This document shows positions 48,802-57,842 of a DNA stretch of 64,000 bases, piece after piece; the first letter of the stretch is position 1; each line of letters begins with the position of its first letter. Where the stretch lies: assembly GCA_964358205.1 (NCBI GenBank), contig CAYHNZ010000001.1:3168-67167 (forward strand). Direction: 5' to 3'. A program made the position numbers and the translations under genes. The notes beneath the pieces are model-generated. The model was not told where the DNA came from, searched no databases, and saw nothing but the letters and a program-made list of their open reading frames with translations. The stretch comes from an uncultured Candidatus Saccharibacteria bacterium. Its GTDB lineage: Bacteria > Patescibacteriota > UBA1384 > 2-12-FULL-50-11.

Positions 48802-49644
48802 ATGCAACCAGATACTACCAACGAGCCGAATTCACCACCTGTCCCACCAGTCCAAACGGTGGCGGTCGATCCAGAGAAAAAATCCAAAATTGTCCGTTGG
48901 TTCGGTTGGTTTTTACTGGCTTTCGGTTTGGTAAGTCTTTTTGCGATGTTGAGTGATGCCTCGGACCCGAAAACCGCTCTGGGCACCGACGATCAGACTG
49001 GCTCTGATATCGGATCCTTTTGGCTTAACTTTGGCTTCATTTCAATTCTATTGATTGGAGGATCATTCTTGATTGAAAGCGGTAAACCAGTCATCAAAAT
49101 TCTGCGCAAGTTCTTTATTGTCATCCCAGTACTTTTCATTATTATCTTTGCCGCCACCATTCAAGGCACATTTAATGGCCTGGTTTTTCTCGACCAAGAA
49201 ATTGAGTCACAGCTCGGAGATATTCGGGTTGCCTATCAACAGCGAGCCGATCTCGTTGAACCGCTCCTGACTATCGCCCGTGAACCGCTTCAGCAAGAAA
49301 AGGATATTCAACTGACTTTAGCAAGCGCCCGAGGGAAAATTGCCACCAGCAAAAGTGTTGATGAAACCATCCAGGGTGCCAACCAATTCGAACAAACCTT
49401 GAGCAAACTAGTTTTTCTAGTCGAGCAGTACCCAACCTTACGGGAGACGAAAGAGTACCAAAATGCTCAAGTGGCTCTTGTCGATAGCACTAAATCCTTA
49501 ACACTGGAGAGAAAGATATATAACGAGCGAGTAAAACAATACAATCTAATGGTCAAGTCGTTTCCGACTGTCTTACTCGCCCGAACATTTAGCTATTCGC
49601 CGCACGAGTTCTGGAACGCTACTACCAATCTTGACAGCCAGTAA
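48802..49644 (+). CDS. LemA-family protein with extended N-terminal membrane region
   Basis: C-terminal 'RVAYQQRADLVEPLLTIAR...EQYPTLRETKEYQNAQVALVDSTKSLTLERKIYNERVKQYN...FPTVLLARTF' matches LemA pattern. Confidence 0.65.
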   Translation: MQPDTTNEPNSPPVPPVQTVAVDPEKKSKIVRWFGWFLLAFGLVSLFAMLSDASDPKTALGTDDQTGSDIGSFWLNFGFISILLIGGSFLIESGKPVIKILRKFFIVIPVLFIIIFAATIQGTFNGLVFLDQEIESQLGDIRVAYQQRADLVEPLLTIAREPLQQEKDIQLTLASARGKIATSKSVDETIQGANQFEQTLSKLVFLVEQYPTLRETKEYQNAQVALVDSTKSLTLERKIYNERVKQYNLMVKSFPTVLLARTFSYSPHEFWNATTNLDSQ

Positions 49645-49681
49645 GTCCAGCCAAAATTAACCTAGAAAATATTGGCTGGCG

Positions 49682-51397
49682 TCAACGAGCAACCGAGTAA
49701 ATCATATTCATTAAGCGCCAGCTCTTTTGTTCGCTATAGAGAGTGGGGTCGTATACACCAACCGAATTGCGTTCAAAATATTTGTAGCGGTGCTCGACGG
49801 TGGCCGGATCGGTGCTCAAAGCTAGTTTGTAGAGGGCGTCGGCGATTATTAGTAGGTCGGGATTTAGAGCCGACAGGCTTAACACCCCGCCAGTGAAAGC
49901 CGATGGCGATCCCAAAGCAAAGGGCGGGTCGCCGTAGGCCGGATTACCGCCGTAATTGACTCGATACCAACCGTTGGCGTTAGCGTAGTTAGTAAAAAGC
50001 GGTCGATCAAAGTTGCCGTTAAAAGTGCTGTAGGCGAACTGATTAGTAAACCCCCTCATCTGATTGTCGCTGGGAAATTGGCTACCGACCAGCGAGCGAG
50101 CGCTGTAAAGGGCTTGCAACATAAAAAGATAGCGACGGTTGTGGCTACTGTCGCCACTAACGCCCGCAACCGGCGATTTTTGGTTATCGTTTGGTTTCGT
50201 TTCGCTGGTGTAGCCGGCATAGGCAAAGTCCGGGTGGTCGGTCCAAATACCGGCATCAAAAAACATTCCGGCTACTGTTGCCCCGGTTAAATTTCGTAAG
50301 CTCGTGACGGTTATACGAGTTTCTAAGAGTCGAGACGCCAGGCTGGTGAAATCGAGAAGTTTTTGACGGTCGGGAGCGCTAAGACTGACGAAAGCGGCAT
50401 CATCAGCTTGAGCTTGCAAAAGGAGGGCGTTGCTAGCGACCATCCAAACTAATCGATCAAGAATCGCCCGACGGTAACTAGGAGAAGTGCCTTGAGTTTT
50501 GTTGATTAAGCACTGGCTGTAATTAAAGTAGTTATCGGGATGGGGACAGACAGTGAAGGGGTAATCAAAAACTTTAGGACCGTATTCCCAACGGAGTAAT
50601 TGATCTTGAACGATGATCGGTAAAAAACGCTGGACATAATTGGTCATCACTGCAGTACGTTGGGCTGGTGGAGTGTCGGCAATTAGACTGATGACTTTGG
50701 CGTGAACATAGGTAAATTGAGTCGTGTCAATAATTTGCTCGTTATACGGAGCGTTATACGGCGTGCCGTTAGCGACATTTTTCCAGACCCGAAAACCGTC
50801 GATGCTGGTCAGTCCTTTTTCGCTTTCCATTAGCACCCGGGCCAGATAGTCGAGTTTGCCGTAATCACGACAGGCACCGATCATACTAAGGGTATTATCA
50901 ACTAACGGTTCAAACTGGTAGAGCAGAGCAGAATTATAAGTTTTATTGTAAAGACGAATCGTATTATTCAAATAACTGGTTCCCGGAGTACCGAACTGCT
51001 CTTGTTGGTAATAATTCCAGATGGCGTCAGCCTTCGCTCTGGCTGTTGGCGGTAGACAAGTGGCAAAGTTGAAAGATGAGAATACCTTATCATTAGAACC
51101 ACCGCCTCCAGAACCACCACCGTTTTCATTACCCGAATCGTTTCCCGAGCCACCATTATTTCCACCGGTTGAATTATCTGTCGATTGATTTTTATTAGTC
51201 TTGGAGTTATTACCCGAACTAGTAGAATCTGGGGATGATTCGGAAAGAGCTGGCTGATCAAAGGTCAACGGGTCGAGTACGACATTGCTTGGGCTATCGT
51301 CCTTTTTCCAGCCGAAAACACCGACCGCGACAACGGTTAAGATCAGCAGCCAACCCAGCGCTGTTCCCACGACTAGGCGGCGAACTCTATGCTTCAT
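49682..51397 (-). CDS. Secreted hypothetical protein (571 aa) with N-terminal TM/signal and Gly/Asn/Ser-rich linker
   Basis: ORF; 'GNNSKTNKNQSTDNSTGGNNGGSGNDSGNENGGGSGGGG' linker. Confidence 0.4.
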   Translation of the reverse strand: MKHRVRRLVVGTALGWLLILTVVAVGVFGWKKDDSPSNVVLDPLTFDQPALSESSPDSTSSGNNSKTNKNQSTDNSTGGNNGGSGNDSGNENGGGSGGGGSNDKVFSSFNFATCLPPTARAKADAIWNYYQQEQFGTPGTSYLNNTIRLYNKTYNSALLYQFEPLVDNTLSMIGACRDYGKLDYLARVLMESEKGLTSIDGFRVWKNVANGTPYNAPYNEQIIDTTQFTYVHAKVISLIADTPPAQRTAVMTNYVQRFLPIIVQDQLLRWEYGPKVFDYPFTVCPHPDNYFNYSQCLINKTQGTSPSYRRAILDRLVWMVASNALLLQAQADDAAFVSLSAPDRQKLLDFTSLASRLLETRITVTSLRNLTGATVAGMFFDAGIWTDHPDFAYAGYTSETKPNDNQKSPVAGVSGDSSHNRRYLFMLQALYSARSLVGSQFPSDNQMRGFTNQFAYSTFNGNFDRPLFTNYANANGWYRVNYGGNPAYGDPPFALGSPSAFTGGVLSLSALNPDLLIIADALYKLALSTDPATVEHRYKYFERNSVGVYDPTLYSEQKSWRLMNMIYSVAR

Positions 51398-51544
51398 TTC
51401 GGAGAAAACGAGCTAATATGATGAGAGGCATGTCTCAATTGTAAATGGCTTCATCCCTGATGGCAAAAAAGAACCATGGGGTTTTTTAACTTAAATAAAT
51501 ATCCTCGCGGCCAGCCGCCGAGGTTTCTTGCAAAAAATCAAATT

Positions 51545-51580
51545 AAAAAAAGCGGCTCAATTACAGGGTAATCGAGCCGC
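51545..51580 (-). terminator. Rho-independent terminator (GCGGCTC/GAGCCGC stem, 15-nt loop, T7 on minus strand) downstream of 51588 gene
   Basis: 'AAAAAAAGCGGCTCAATTACAGGGTAATCGAGCCGC' on + strand. Confidence 0.65.
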
Positions 51581-51587
51581 GAGACAT

Positions 51588-52299
51588 TCACTTGCCAATC
51601 TTATTCATGTTAGGTTGAGCTGTTAGCCAAGTCTCCAGGGCCTTGGACAGCGACAGTTGACCAGAGCGCTCCATGTGGGGAGTTTTGGGTCCGCCAGAGA
51701 AGACGCTGATGGGCACAATCAAAAGAGTTACCGCCGTTTTCCAGCCAGGTTCTTTCTCTGTGCTGTCGGACCTAACCTTGTCGGCTTTGAGGGAAAACTC
51801 GGATTTAGCGACATCGACGATCCAGAGGTCGACCGTACTGTGGGCTTTCGTCTTTGGCCCCAAGAAGATCCACTGGGGAACGGATGTTCCAATGGCAACG
51901 AGAGACAGCCACATAATCAACATCCAGCTTCTTGCCTAAGGCTACCAGTTGGGTGGCATCGGGCATGATGAAAGCCTCGGTGTTGAAAACAGCGCCTCCT
52001 AACATCTGCCAGCTAGCGTTTACCTTGGCCTGGTCGACGGTGACGATGCCGAGCTTCTCGAAGGCACCGAAGAGCGCCTTGTGATAGGTCTCGACGGCCT
52101 TGTTGTCAGTGCCAACTTCTCTTTCTTGTCCTTTGTCTGTTTCTTGAAACATTAAGGGCAGAACGGCGACGGTCTTGATCTTAGCGGCTTCTCCCTTAGC
52201 TGGAGTGCCGATTTTCTGGGCCGATGCCGAAGTTGCGAGCAACAGGGTGCCGAGCAACGCCACGGCCAGTGTGAAACAAGTTTTTCTGATCATAGTCAT
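51588..52299 (-). pseudogene. Frameshifted lipoprotein-like gene (paralog of 45268-45864): N-terminal 164-aa ORF and C-terminal 111-aa ORF in different frames
   Basis: ORFs 51805-52299 and 51588-51923 overlap; both halves align to successive parts of the 45268-45864 protein ('KTVAVLPL'~'KVAIVPV'; 'WIVDVAKSEF'~'VWMVDAKKKE'; 'SGGP...LSKALETWL'~'SGGG...ANGLRDLLKDWL'). Confidence 0.5.
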
Positions 52300-52373
52300 G
52301 TGAGATACGCTCCTTAAAAAGGATCAGGATTATCTTAATGCTCTTTGCAATATTAAGCAAGGGTTCTCTTGGT

Positions 52374-52440
52374 ACTTTTCTGGCAATCTGGGGGTAAGAT
52401 GTTTCCGCCGTCCGCCAGCCAGCGGAGGAGGACGGCAGAG
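52374..52440. repeat. Leader repeat copy 1 (ACTTTTCTGG.AATCTGGGGGTAAGATGTTTCCGCCG... with GC hairpin)
   Basis: Near-identical to copies at 52914 and 55961. Confidence 0.8.
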
Positions 52441-52456
52441 TCTAACCTTACTTTCG

Positions 52457-52771
52457 CTAAGCTAGTGGCAAACCGGTGCGTTTAATTTCCGTAGCGAAGA
52501 AATTTAGACGGTCGTCAAAATCCGTGCTTCGAATCGGATGAGGCTCGATCATATCGGTCTGGTCATTGCGAAGATTCATTAACCGAACTCTTTCGGCTTG
52601 ACGGTCATCGCTGAAATCCGCCGAGACGACACAAAGATCGATGTCACTGTCTATGTGTTCAGTGCCCTTGGTTCGTGAGCCGAAAATATAAGCTCGTTCC
52701 GGGTTGATGCCCGAGTTTCGAACCAGTTGCAGATAGAGTTCGGCTGTTTTTAAAGTCTCTGATTTAGTCAT
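52457..52771 (-). CDS. Minimal nucleotidyltransferase (MNT) domain protein (type VII TA antitoxin-like / Pol-beta superfamily)
   Basis: 'AYIFGSRTKGTEHIDSDIDLCVV' GS..(11)..DxD motif; 104 aa. Confidence 0.65.
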   Translation of the reverse strand: MTKSETLKTAELYLQLVRNSGINPERAYIFGSRTKGTEHIDSDIDLCVVSADFSDDRQAERVRLMNLRNDQTDMIEPHPIRSTDFDDRLNFFATEIKRTGLPLA

Positions 52772-52913
52772 TAATCTTTTGGGCGAAGGAAAGGTAGAAT
52801 TCCTCCACCACCTTCAGCCATTTTTCAGCGTACTGCTCGGTTGCTTTCAGGAAGACATCCCATTCTGTCATTTTCTAATTTGAGTTTAACAAAAGGGGTC
52901 GCCCAAAGCCAGT

Positions 52914-52984
52914 CATTTTCTGGTAATCTGGGGGTAAGATGTTTCCGCCGGCTGGCGGAGTGATTTTTGAAGGCGAAAGTTGAG
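52914..52984. repeat. Leader repeat copy 2 (contains CCGCCGGCTGGCGG hairpin and 'GAAGGCGAAAG')
   Basis: ~95% identical to copy 3 over ~70 nt. Confidence 0.8.
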
Positions 52985-53049
52985 AGGGTTGCGAATCTTC
53001 AGGGAAAAAGAGAACCGCCCCCTAACGCCTAACGGTCCTTAAGTATTGT

Positions 53050-53619
53050 CTATTTCTTCTTGCCCGTGACAAAATATAAACCACGCTGGATACCGTCATA
53101 TTTACTAGAAATTGCAGTGAAGACTTCTTCTGTAGAAAGGACTCGGAAAAAAGGCAACTCGGGGTTGCCAACAGTGAATGTGTCTTTTTCGCTGTTGTAG
53201 GCTATTAATAGTGAAAAATGTCCGTAACCTTTTTCGGAACCGTAGATACCCGTGTGATAGCGAAGGATGACGTCATAGTTCGATTCTTGTCCAAAAAGGA
53301 ATCTACTAATTAGATTCTCCCTATCCTTAGGAATAATTTGCCCCGAAATTGATAGAGGGATGCTATGGGATCGAAAAAAGTTATTTATTGAGTATTTTTT
53401 CTTCTCAATCTGGGTGCCATAACCCTCCCTGGGCTCGGAGGCAAGAAACTTAATCTGGGGGTGCTTGAACCTAGAGCGTCCTTTTTCGGGCAAACGTAAA
53501 CCCAGTTCAGCACCAATCGTCTCTTGGTCGAGAATGTCCAGCTTCCGTCGGTAGAGTATCCACTGAAGGGTGGCTGGGACGCAACAATACGGCAGTTGAT
53601 AAAATGGGCGGTAGTCCAT
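53050..53619 (-). CDS. Putative papain-like cysteine peptidase (C39-like fold)
   Basis: Candidate catalytic Cys in 'YCCVPATLQWIL' and His in 'GYGHFSLLIAY'; 189 aa. Confidence 0.35.
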   Translation of the reverse strand: MDYRPFYQLPYCCVPATLQWILYRRKLDILDQETIGAELGLRLPEKGRSRFKHPQIKFLASEPREGYGTQIEKKKYSINNFFRSHSIPLSISGQIIPKDRENLISRFLFGQESNYDVILRYHTGIYGSEKGYGHFSLLIAYNSEKDTFTVGNPELPFFRVLSTEEVFTAISSKYDGIQRGLYFVTGKKK

Positions 53620-53786
53620 ACATACGTATTATACGAAAAAGAGGGACGCTACCACGGAGGAGCGTCCCTTGTCGATGCTGGCCGAGCTTAGCCCATGTCG
53701 CCTTCGGAGCCACCTTCGCAGCTTGTCCGGCTGTTTAGTGCGCTTTGCCCCGATCGCCAATACGGGTGTCCCAAGAGGGATGCCCG

Positions 53787-54608
53787 CTATTTTATAAGAC
53801 GGCCAATTACGCAGGCCTCTTGCCCGATTTCGGTATTTGGTCGAGGGAAAATTATGTACTCGCCCTCTCTGGCTACATATTTAATCTCGCCATCAGTGGC
53901 AAAGATCTTGCCCGTTTCGAGTTTATCGAAGTTTTGGTACTCCTTGTCGAACGCGAATCGAGAGCTAGTTTTTTTAATAAAACGGTCCACGTTAATGTGT
54001 AGCCGACTCCTAAGTGTATCTTCGGGAAGTGAAGCGATGATACCGAAATAGCCCAAAAACTGCAGGATGGTTTTTTCGGCCAAGCCGATATATTTTTCTG
54101 GGTAGAAATTGGACCCACATTCGGCGCAGATGGCTATTTTATTCTGCGCGTGCATATATCCGTCGGTCCCGCCTGGTTCTGATACAGACCAACCAGAGGA
54201 AATGATCTCAAAATTAAATTTGCAGGCTAAATCAAACGACTCTTTCTCGCAGATAAGGAATGGTCGATCTTCCGGACCGTTGTAACCATGTAGATCTAGT
54301 AATGCGTCGCAGCCGTCGAGTAGTTTCATCAGCTCTCGAGCCAAGCCGTCCTCATAGACGGCTCCAGTATTTCCATTAATGAAACAACGATTGAGATTTT
54401 TTTCGGTAAAACGAACGTTCTGCTCGACAGCTTTAGGGTTAGCAATGACGAAATGAACAGTACCCGCATCAATTCGCAGGGCTCCTATTAGTTTCGTGAC
54501 AGCCAGTACGCCTGCTGGCTCATTCCCATGGATACCAGCAAAAACGGCAACGGTTCGGCCAGGTAGTTTTCCACGAACCGTCGTAATCTCAGGATTCATA
54601 GTACGCAT
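53787..54608 (-). CDS. Succinylglutamate desuccinylase/aspartoacylase (AstE/AspA, M14-like) family zinc deacylase
   Basis: 'TVAVFAGIHGNEPAGVLAV...DLHG' zinc-ligand motifs of AstE/AspA family; 273 aa. Confidence 0.6.
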   Translation of the reverse strand: MRTMNPEITTVRGKLPGRTVAVFAGIHGNEPAGVLAVTKLIGALRIDAGTVHFVIANPKAVEQNVRFTEKNLNRCFINGNTGAVYEDGLARELMKLLDGCDALLDLHGYNGPEDRPFLICEKESFDLACKFNFEIISSGWSVSEPGGTDGYMHAQNKIAICAECGSNFYPEKYIGLAEKTILQFLGYFGIIASLPEDTLRSRLHINVDRFIKKTSSRFAFDKEYQNFDKLETGKIFATDGEIKYVAREGEYIIFPRPNTEIGQEACVIGRLIK

Positions 54609-54725
54609 TCTAGCCCCTCGAGTAATTCTTTTCCAGCCCAGTACTAACGAGCTATCAAGCCCTGCTTGTGATTCCGCGCAATCTTATGCCCAAGCTCGTG
54701 GTATTCAGGTAATCTGAGAATCATA

Positions 54726-55199
54726 ATGTTACCAGCCCTCTACATAATGTGCGGCCTGCCCTACTCCGGAAAAACGGTACTCGCCAAGAAATTAAGTAAG
54801 AAATACGGCTGGAAACTGGTGGAAATCGATGGAATCAAGGCACGACATGGTTTTGCTGGCATATGGCAAGATATGAAGATGAAAGATTGGGATGAGATTT
54901 TTAGTGAATCATTCGAAGTCGTCCGAAACGAACTAGGAGCAGGTAGAAGTATTATTTATGACTCGGCTAATCTAACCAGGGAAAGCCGGGACAGACTGAA
55001 GAATATAGCGAAGGAGTCTAGTGCTGAGGCGAGACTGATTTTTCTTGATATTCCAACGGAAGAAGCCATCTCTCGATGGCGGGAGAATGAAAAAGCAAAG
55101 TTTCGACATCACCTACCGGAGTGGGCTTTGAAGGCCGCAATTAAAACATATCAGCCACCGACTACTGATGAGATGCCTGTTTCTCTTGACCTGCCTTAG
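54726..55199 (+). CDS. P-loop kinase (AAA_33/zeta-toxin-like small kinase)
   Basis: Walker A 'GLPYSGKTVLAKKL'; 157 aa. Confidence 0.55.
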   Translation: MLPALYIMCGLPYSGKTVLAKKLSKKYGWKLVEIDGIKARHGFAGIWQDMKMKDWDEIFSESFEVVRNELGAGRSIIYDSANLTRESRDRLKNIAKESSAEARLIFLDIPTEEAISRWRENEKAKFRHHLPEWALKAAIKTYQPPTTDEMPVSLDLP

Positions 55200-55218
55200 T
55201 CCTGGACAAAATCCTTTT

Positions 55219-55899
55219 TTACACCAAGGCAAGCCCTTTTTCTATGAAGACATTGATATCAGAGTAATGCGGGGTCAGCTTTTTCTGTAGATCGACTAGG
55301 TTCGGATAGTTGTGGTCGGTGTACGCGCCGGAGCGATTCCATGGCCAAAAAGTTTTCATGATGGGATCGAGGCCGGTGATGGCGAAAGCATAGACTTCCG
55401 CTAGTTTCCAAATTATTTGATCTGAAACTCCAGGATTCTTAGTGCGCATCCGCGAAAAGAAATGCGAAATGATTAGTTCGTGAGCAGTGATGCGTCGCTG
55501 TTCTCGAGCGTCTTTGTCCCAAATCCGCACCACTTTGTTACCGCCCCAGTTACTGATCCCGGGGTGGAAAAGACTGACGACACATTCGTAATGTTTGTGG
55601 GCGAGCGGAAACCTGGTTAGTTCAGCCAAGCGCTCGAAAAACTTCTGGTCAATCTCGTCCCAACCGCGTTGATACGTCCCAATAACTTCGTCGAGCTTAT
55701 TCCCGATTTCGAGATATCGCTTATTGGCGACTGTCTTGGCGAGTAATTTGTCACCATTAGCGATTTTCTTAGAGTCTTCTGCTGAAATTTTCATAGTTTC
55801 GGCGTACTCCAAAACACCTTGCTCGCTCCGCCCTTTAAGCATCACAACAATCATCTCCGTATCGTATTTTTGGTCTTTGATAAACCGCAGTAGCGACAT
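55219..55899 (-). CDS. Hypothetical protein (226 aa)
   Basis: ORF with AAGGAG RBS upstream of ATG 55899. Confidence 0.4.
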   Translation of the reverse strand: MSLLRFIKDQKYDTEMIVVMLKGRSEQGVLEYAETMKISAEDSKKIANGDKLLAKTVANKRYLEIGNKLDEVIGTYQRGWDEIDQKFFERLAELTRFPLAHKHYECVVSLFHPGISNWGGNKVVRIWDKDAREQRRITAHELIISHFFSRMRTKNPGVSDQIIWKLAEVYAFAITGLDPIMKTFWPWNRSGAYTDHNYPNLVDLQKKLTPHYSDINVFIEKGLALV

Positions 55900-55960
55900 A
55901 TAGCAATCTTACTCCTTAGGGCTTCACGGATAAACCCATTTCTTTTTAAGCCAATTCGGT

Positions 55961-56113
55961 ACTTTTCTGGTAATCTGGGGGTAAGATGTTTCCGCCGGCT
56001 GGCGGAGTCATTATTGAAGGCGAAAGTTGACTTGTCCTCCGAAGCCTCGGCGAAGGTGGGGAAAGCTGTTAACCGTTCCGCCGGCTGGCGGAGACAAGAT
56101 GGCGGGAACGGGT
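55961..56113. repeat. Leader repeat copy 3 (55961-56030) plus adjacent partial copy/hairpin CCGTTCCGCCGGCTGGCGGAG...GGCGGGAACGG (56073-56111)
   Basis: Read directly. Confidence 0.8.
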
Positions 56114-56170
56114 TAGAAGGTTCGGGAGTATGAGGGTGTAATTTTGTATTGATAAAATTAGATCACGGCT

Positions 56171-56590
56171 ATGGATACTATTAAGATATATCGAGCTAAG
56201 ACTGGGCGATGGGGCGGAACGAGCTTTGACGAACTAATTAAAAAAACTCGTCGCTTGTTTAAGGAGATTGAAAGTAATCCGAGACGAAAGCTACATATCC
56301 GTTCGGCGTATTTCAAGAAGGAGAAAATATTCTTTGATTATTTCTGGCCACACCTTAATCAAAAACCACCTCGCCAGCGCCAGAAAAGATTAGCCTACTT
56401 GGAATGTGGTATTGAGTTACTCCAAAATTCTCATCACGCTCCGACATCAAAAGCAAATCCCAATAGGAAGTCTGAACTTTTGCACCGCTTTGCGGGAGTA
56501 ACCAAAGACGACGAACTATTTTTTGTGCAAGTCAAAGAAGATACTAAAACCAAGAAAAAGTTTCTAATGTCAGTTTTTCCACCAGACTAA
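56171..56590 (+). CDS. Hypothetical protein (139 aa)
   Basis: ORF only. Confidence 0.3.
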   Translation: MDTIKIYRAKTGRWGGTSFDELIKKTRRLFKEIESNPRRKLHIRSAYFKKEKIFFDYFWPHLNQKPPRQRQKRLAYLECGIELLQNSHHAPTSKANPNRKSELLHRFAGVTKDDELFFVQVKEDTKTKKKFLMSVFPPD

Positions 56591-56655
56591 CAAAAAATCC
56601 CCCGCAAGTGAGGTATATCAACCTCGTGCCGGAGATTCTTCTTGAACCAAAGATA

Positions 56656-57789
56656 TCATTTACCTGGCAGGCTGTCAATAGTCACAGACCCCAATTTCTC
56701 GGCGACTAATTCCCAGGGGTTAGTAAAGCGGTGATTGCCAACACATTTTTGGAGCTCCCGAAAATTTTCAAAGTTACACTCGCTTTTTAGATAGTCGCCC
56801 AGATCTTTGTTGGTGCTACTTATATAGGCCAGAGTTTGTTTGCAAGAAACAGACTCCGCAAAGGCTTTTCTGAATTCACTCTCATTTTGGCAGTTGTCCT
56901 TTAGGATGATTGAACCCAGGATCAAATCTCGAGTCAGAGACGGCGGGCCGAGATTACCAGTTGCAATAATAGAATCGACACTGGAGGCTTTCTCCATTTT
57001 CTCAAGCAGAGAATCTCTGATCTCTAGGTCTTCTTCATCTTGAGAGACAATGGTTTGGTTGAGGGCTTTAATTACATCGTAGGAGGATGAGTGTTTCTCC
57101 TCCATCTCTTCTTCTTCGATGACTGAAAAAACTTTTTCGGCGATCTTTTCGGCAGTGGTGAAACCCATAAAGGCAGTGAGAATTGCCAGCTCATTATAGG
57201 TGTAATCGCCGTTTTCCCCACCATCGGAAGTGACGACTTTCACTCCGTCCAAGCTCTTTTTCGTAAAACTATCTTGGAAAATCGCGAGACCAGGCTTAAT
57301 TTCGGAAACCTTGTGGTTATTATCGCCGAAGGATCGAGAGAGCAGGGTTAACAAGATCGTGCATATGCCCGCATACGAGGCTTTGTAAAATAGGGGTAGA
57401 TTGCTAAGTTTCTCCCCGTGACTAAATGGTACATTCATTCCCATTCCACCAGACCCGGTTGTTCCAACCTGAATATAGTGAACTTCCTTCAACTTTTTCA
57501 GAACTGGATAGAGGCCTACGTGAAATTTGGTGATGTCAGTTAGATTGTCGTGTGATTTGCGGAAAAATATCGTGGCGATATTTAAGCAGTTGACGATCAC
57601 ATTTGGAGTGATTTTATCGACTATTTCTGCTAAGCTGTCGAGATTTAAAACATCAAGTTGTATGGAATCAATATCTTGTGAGCTGAACTTCTTAAGATCA
57701 GCTCCGGTTACCTCGTAACCTTTTTCCAATCCAATCTCGCAAATCTTTCTGCCAACAGATCCCGCTCCACCCAAGACCAGTATTTTCAT
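56656..57789 (-). CDS. NAD(P)-binding Rossmann-fold dehydrogenase (saccharopine-dehydrogenase-like)
   Basis: 'MKILVLGGAGSVGRKICE' N-terminal GxGxxG; 377 aa. Confidence 0.4.
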   Translation of the reverse strand: MKILVLGGAGSVGRKICEIGLEKGYEVTGADLKKFSSQDIDSIQLDVLNLDSLAEIVDKITPNVIVNCLNIATIFFRKSHDNLTDITKFHVGLYPVLKKLKEVHYIQVGTTGSGGMGMNVPFSHGEKLSNLPLFYKASYAGICTILLTLLSRSFGDNNHKVSEIKPGLAIFQDSFTKKSLDGVKVVTSDGGENGDYTYNELAILTAFMGFTTAEKIAEKVFSVIEEEEMEEKHSSSYDVIKALNQTIVSQDEEDLEIRDSLLEKMEKASSVDSIIATGNLGPPSLTRDLILGSIILKDNCQNESEFRKAFAESVSCKQTLAYISSTNKDLGDYLKSECNFENFRELQKCVGNHRFTNPWELVAEKLGSVTIDSLPGK

Positions 57790-57842
57790 CGGCCTAATTG
57801 TACATCTTGTTAGATAGGGGTAAAAATAATAAAGTCAAGGTA

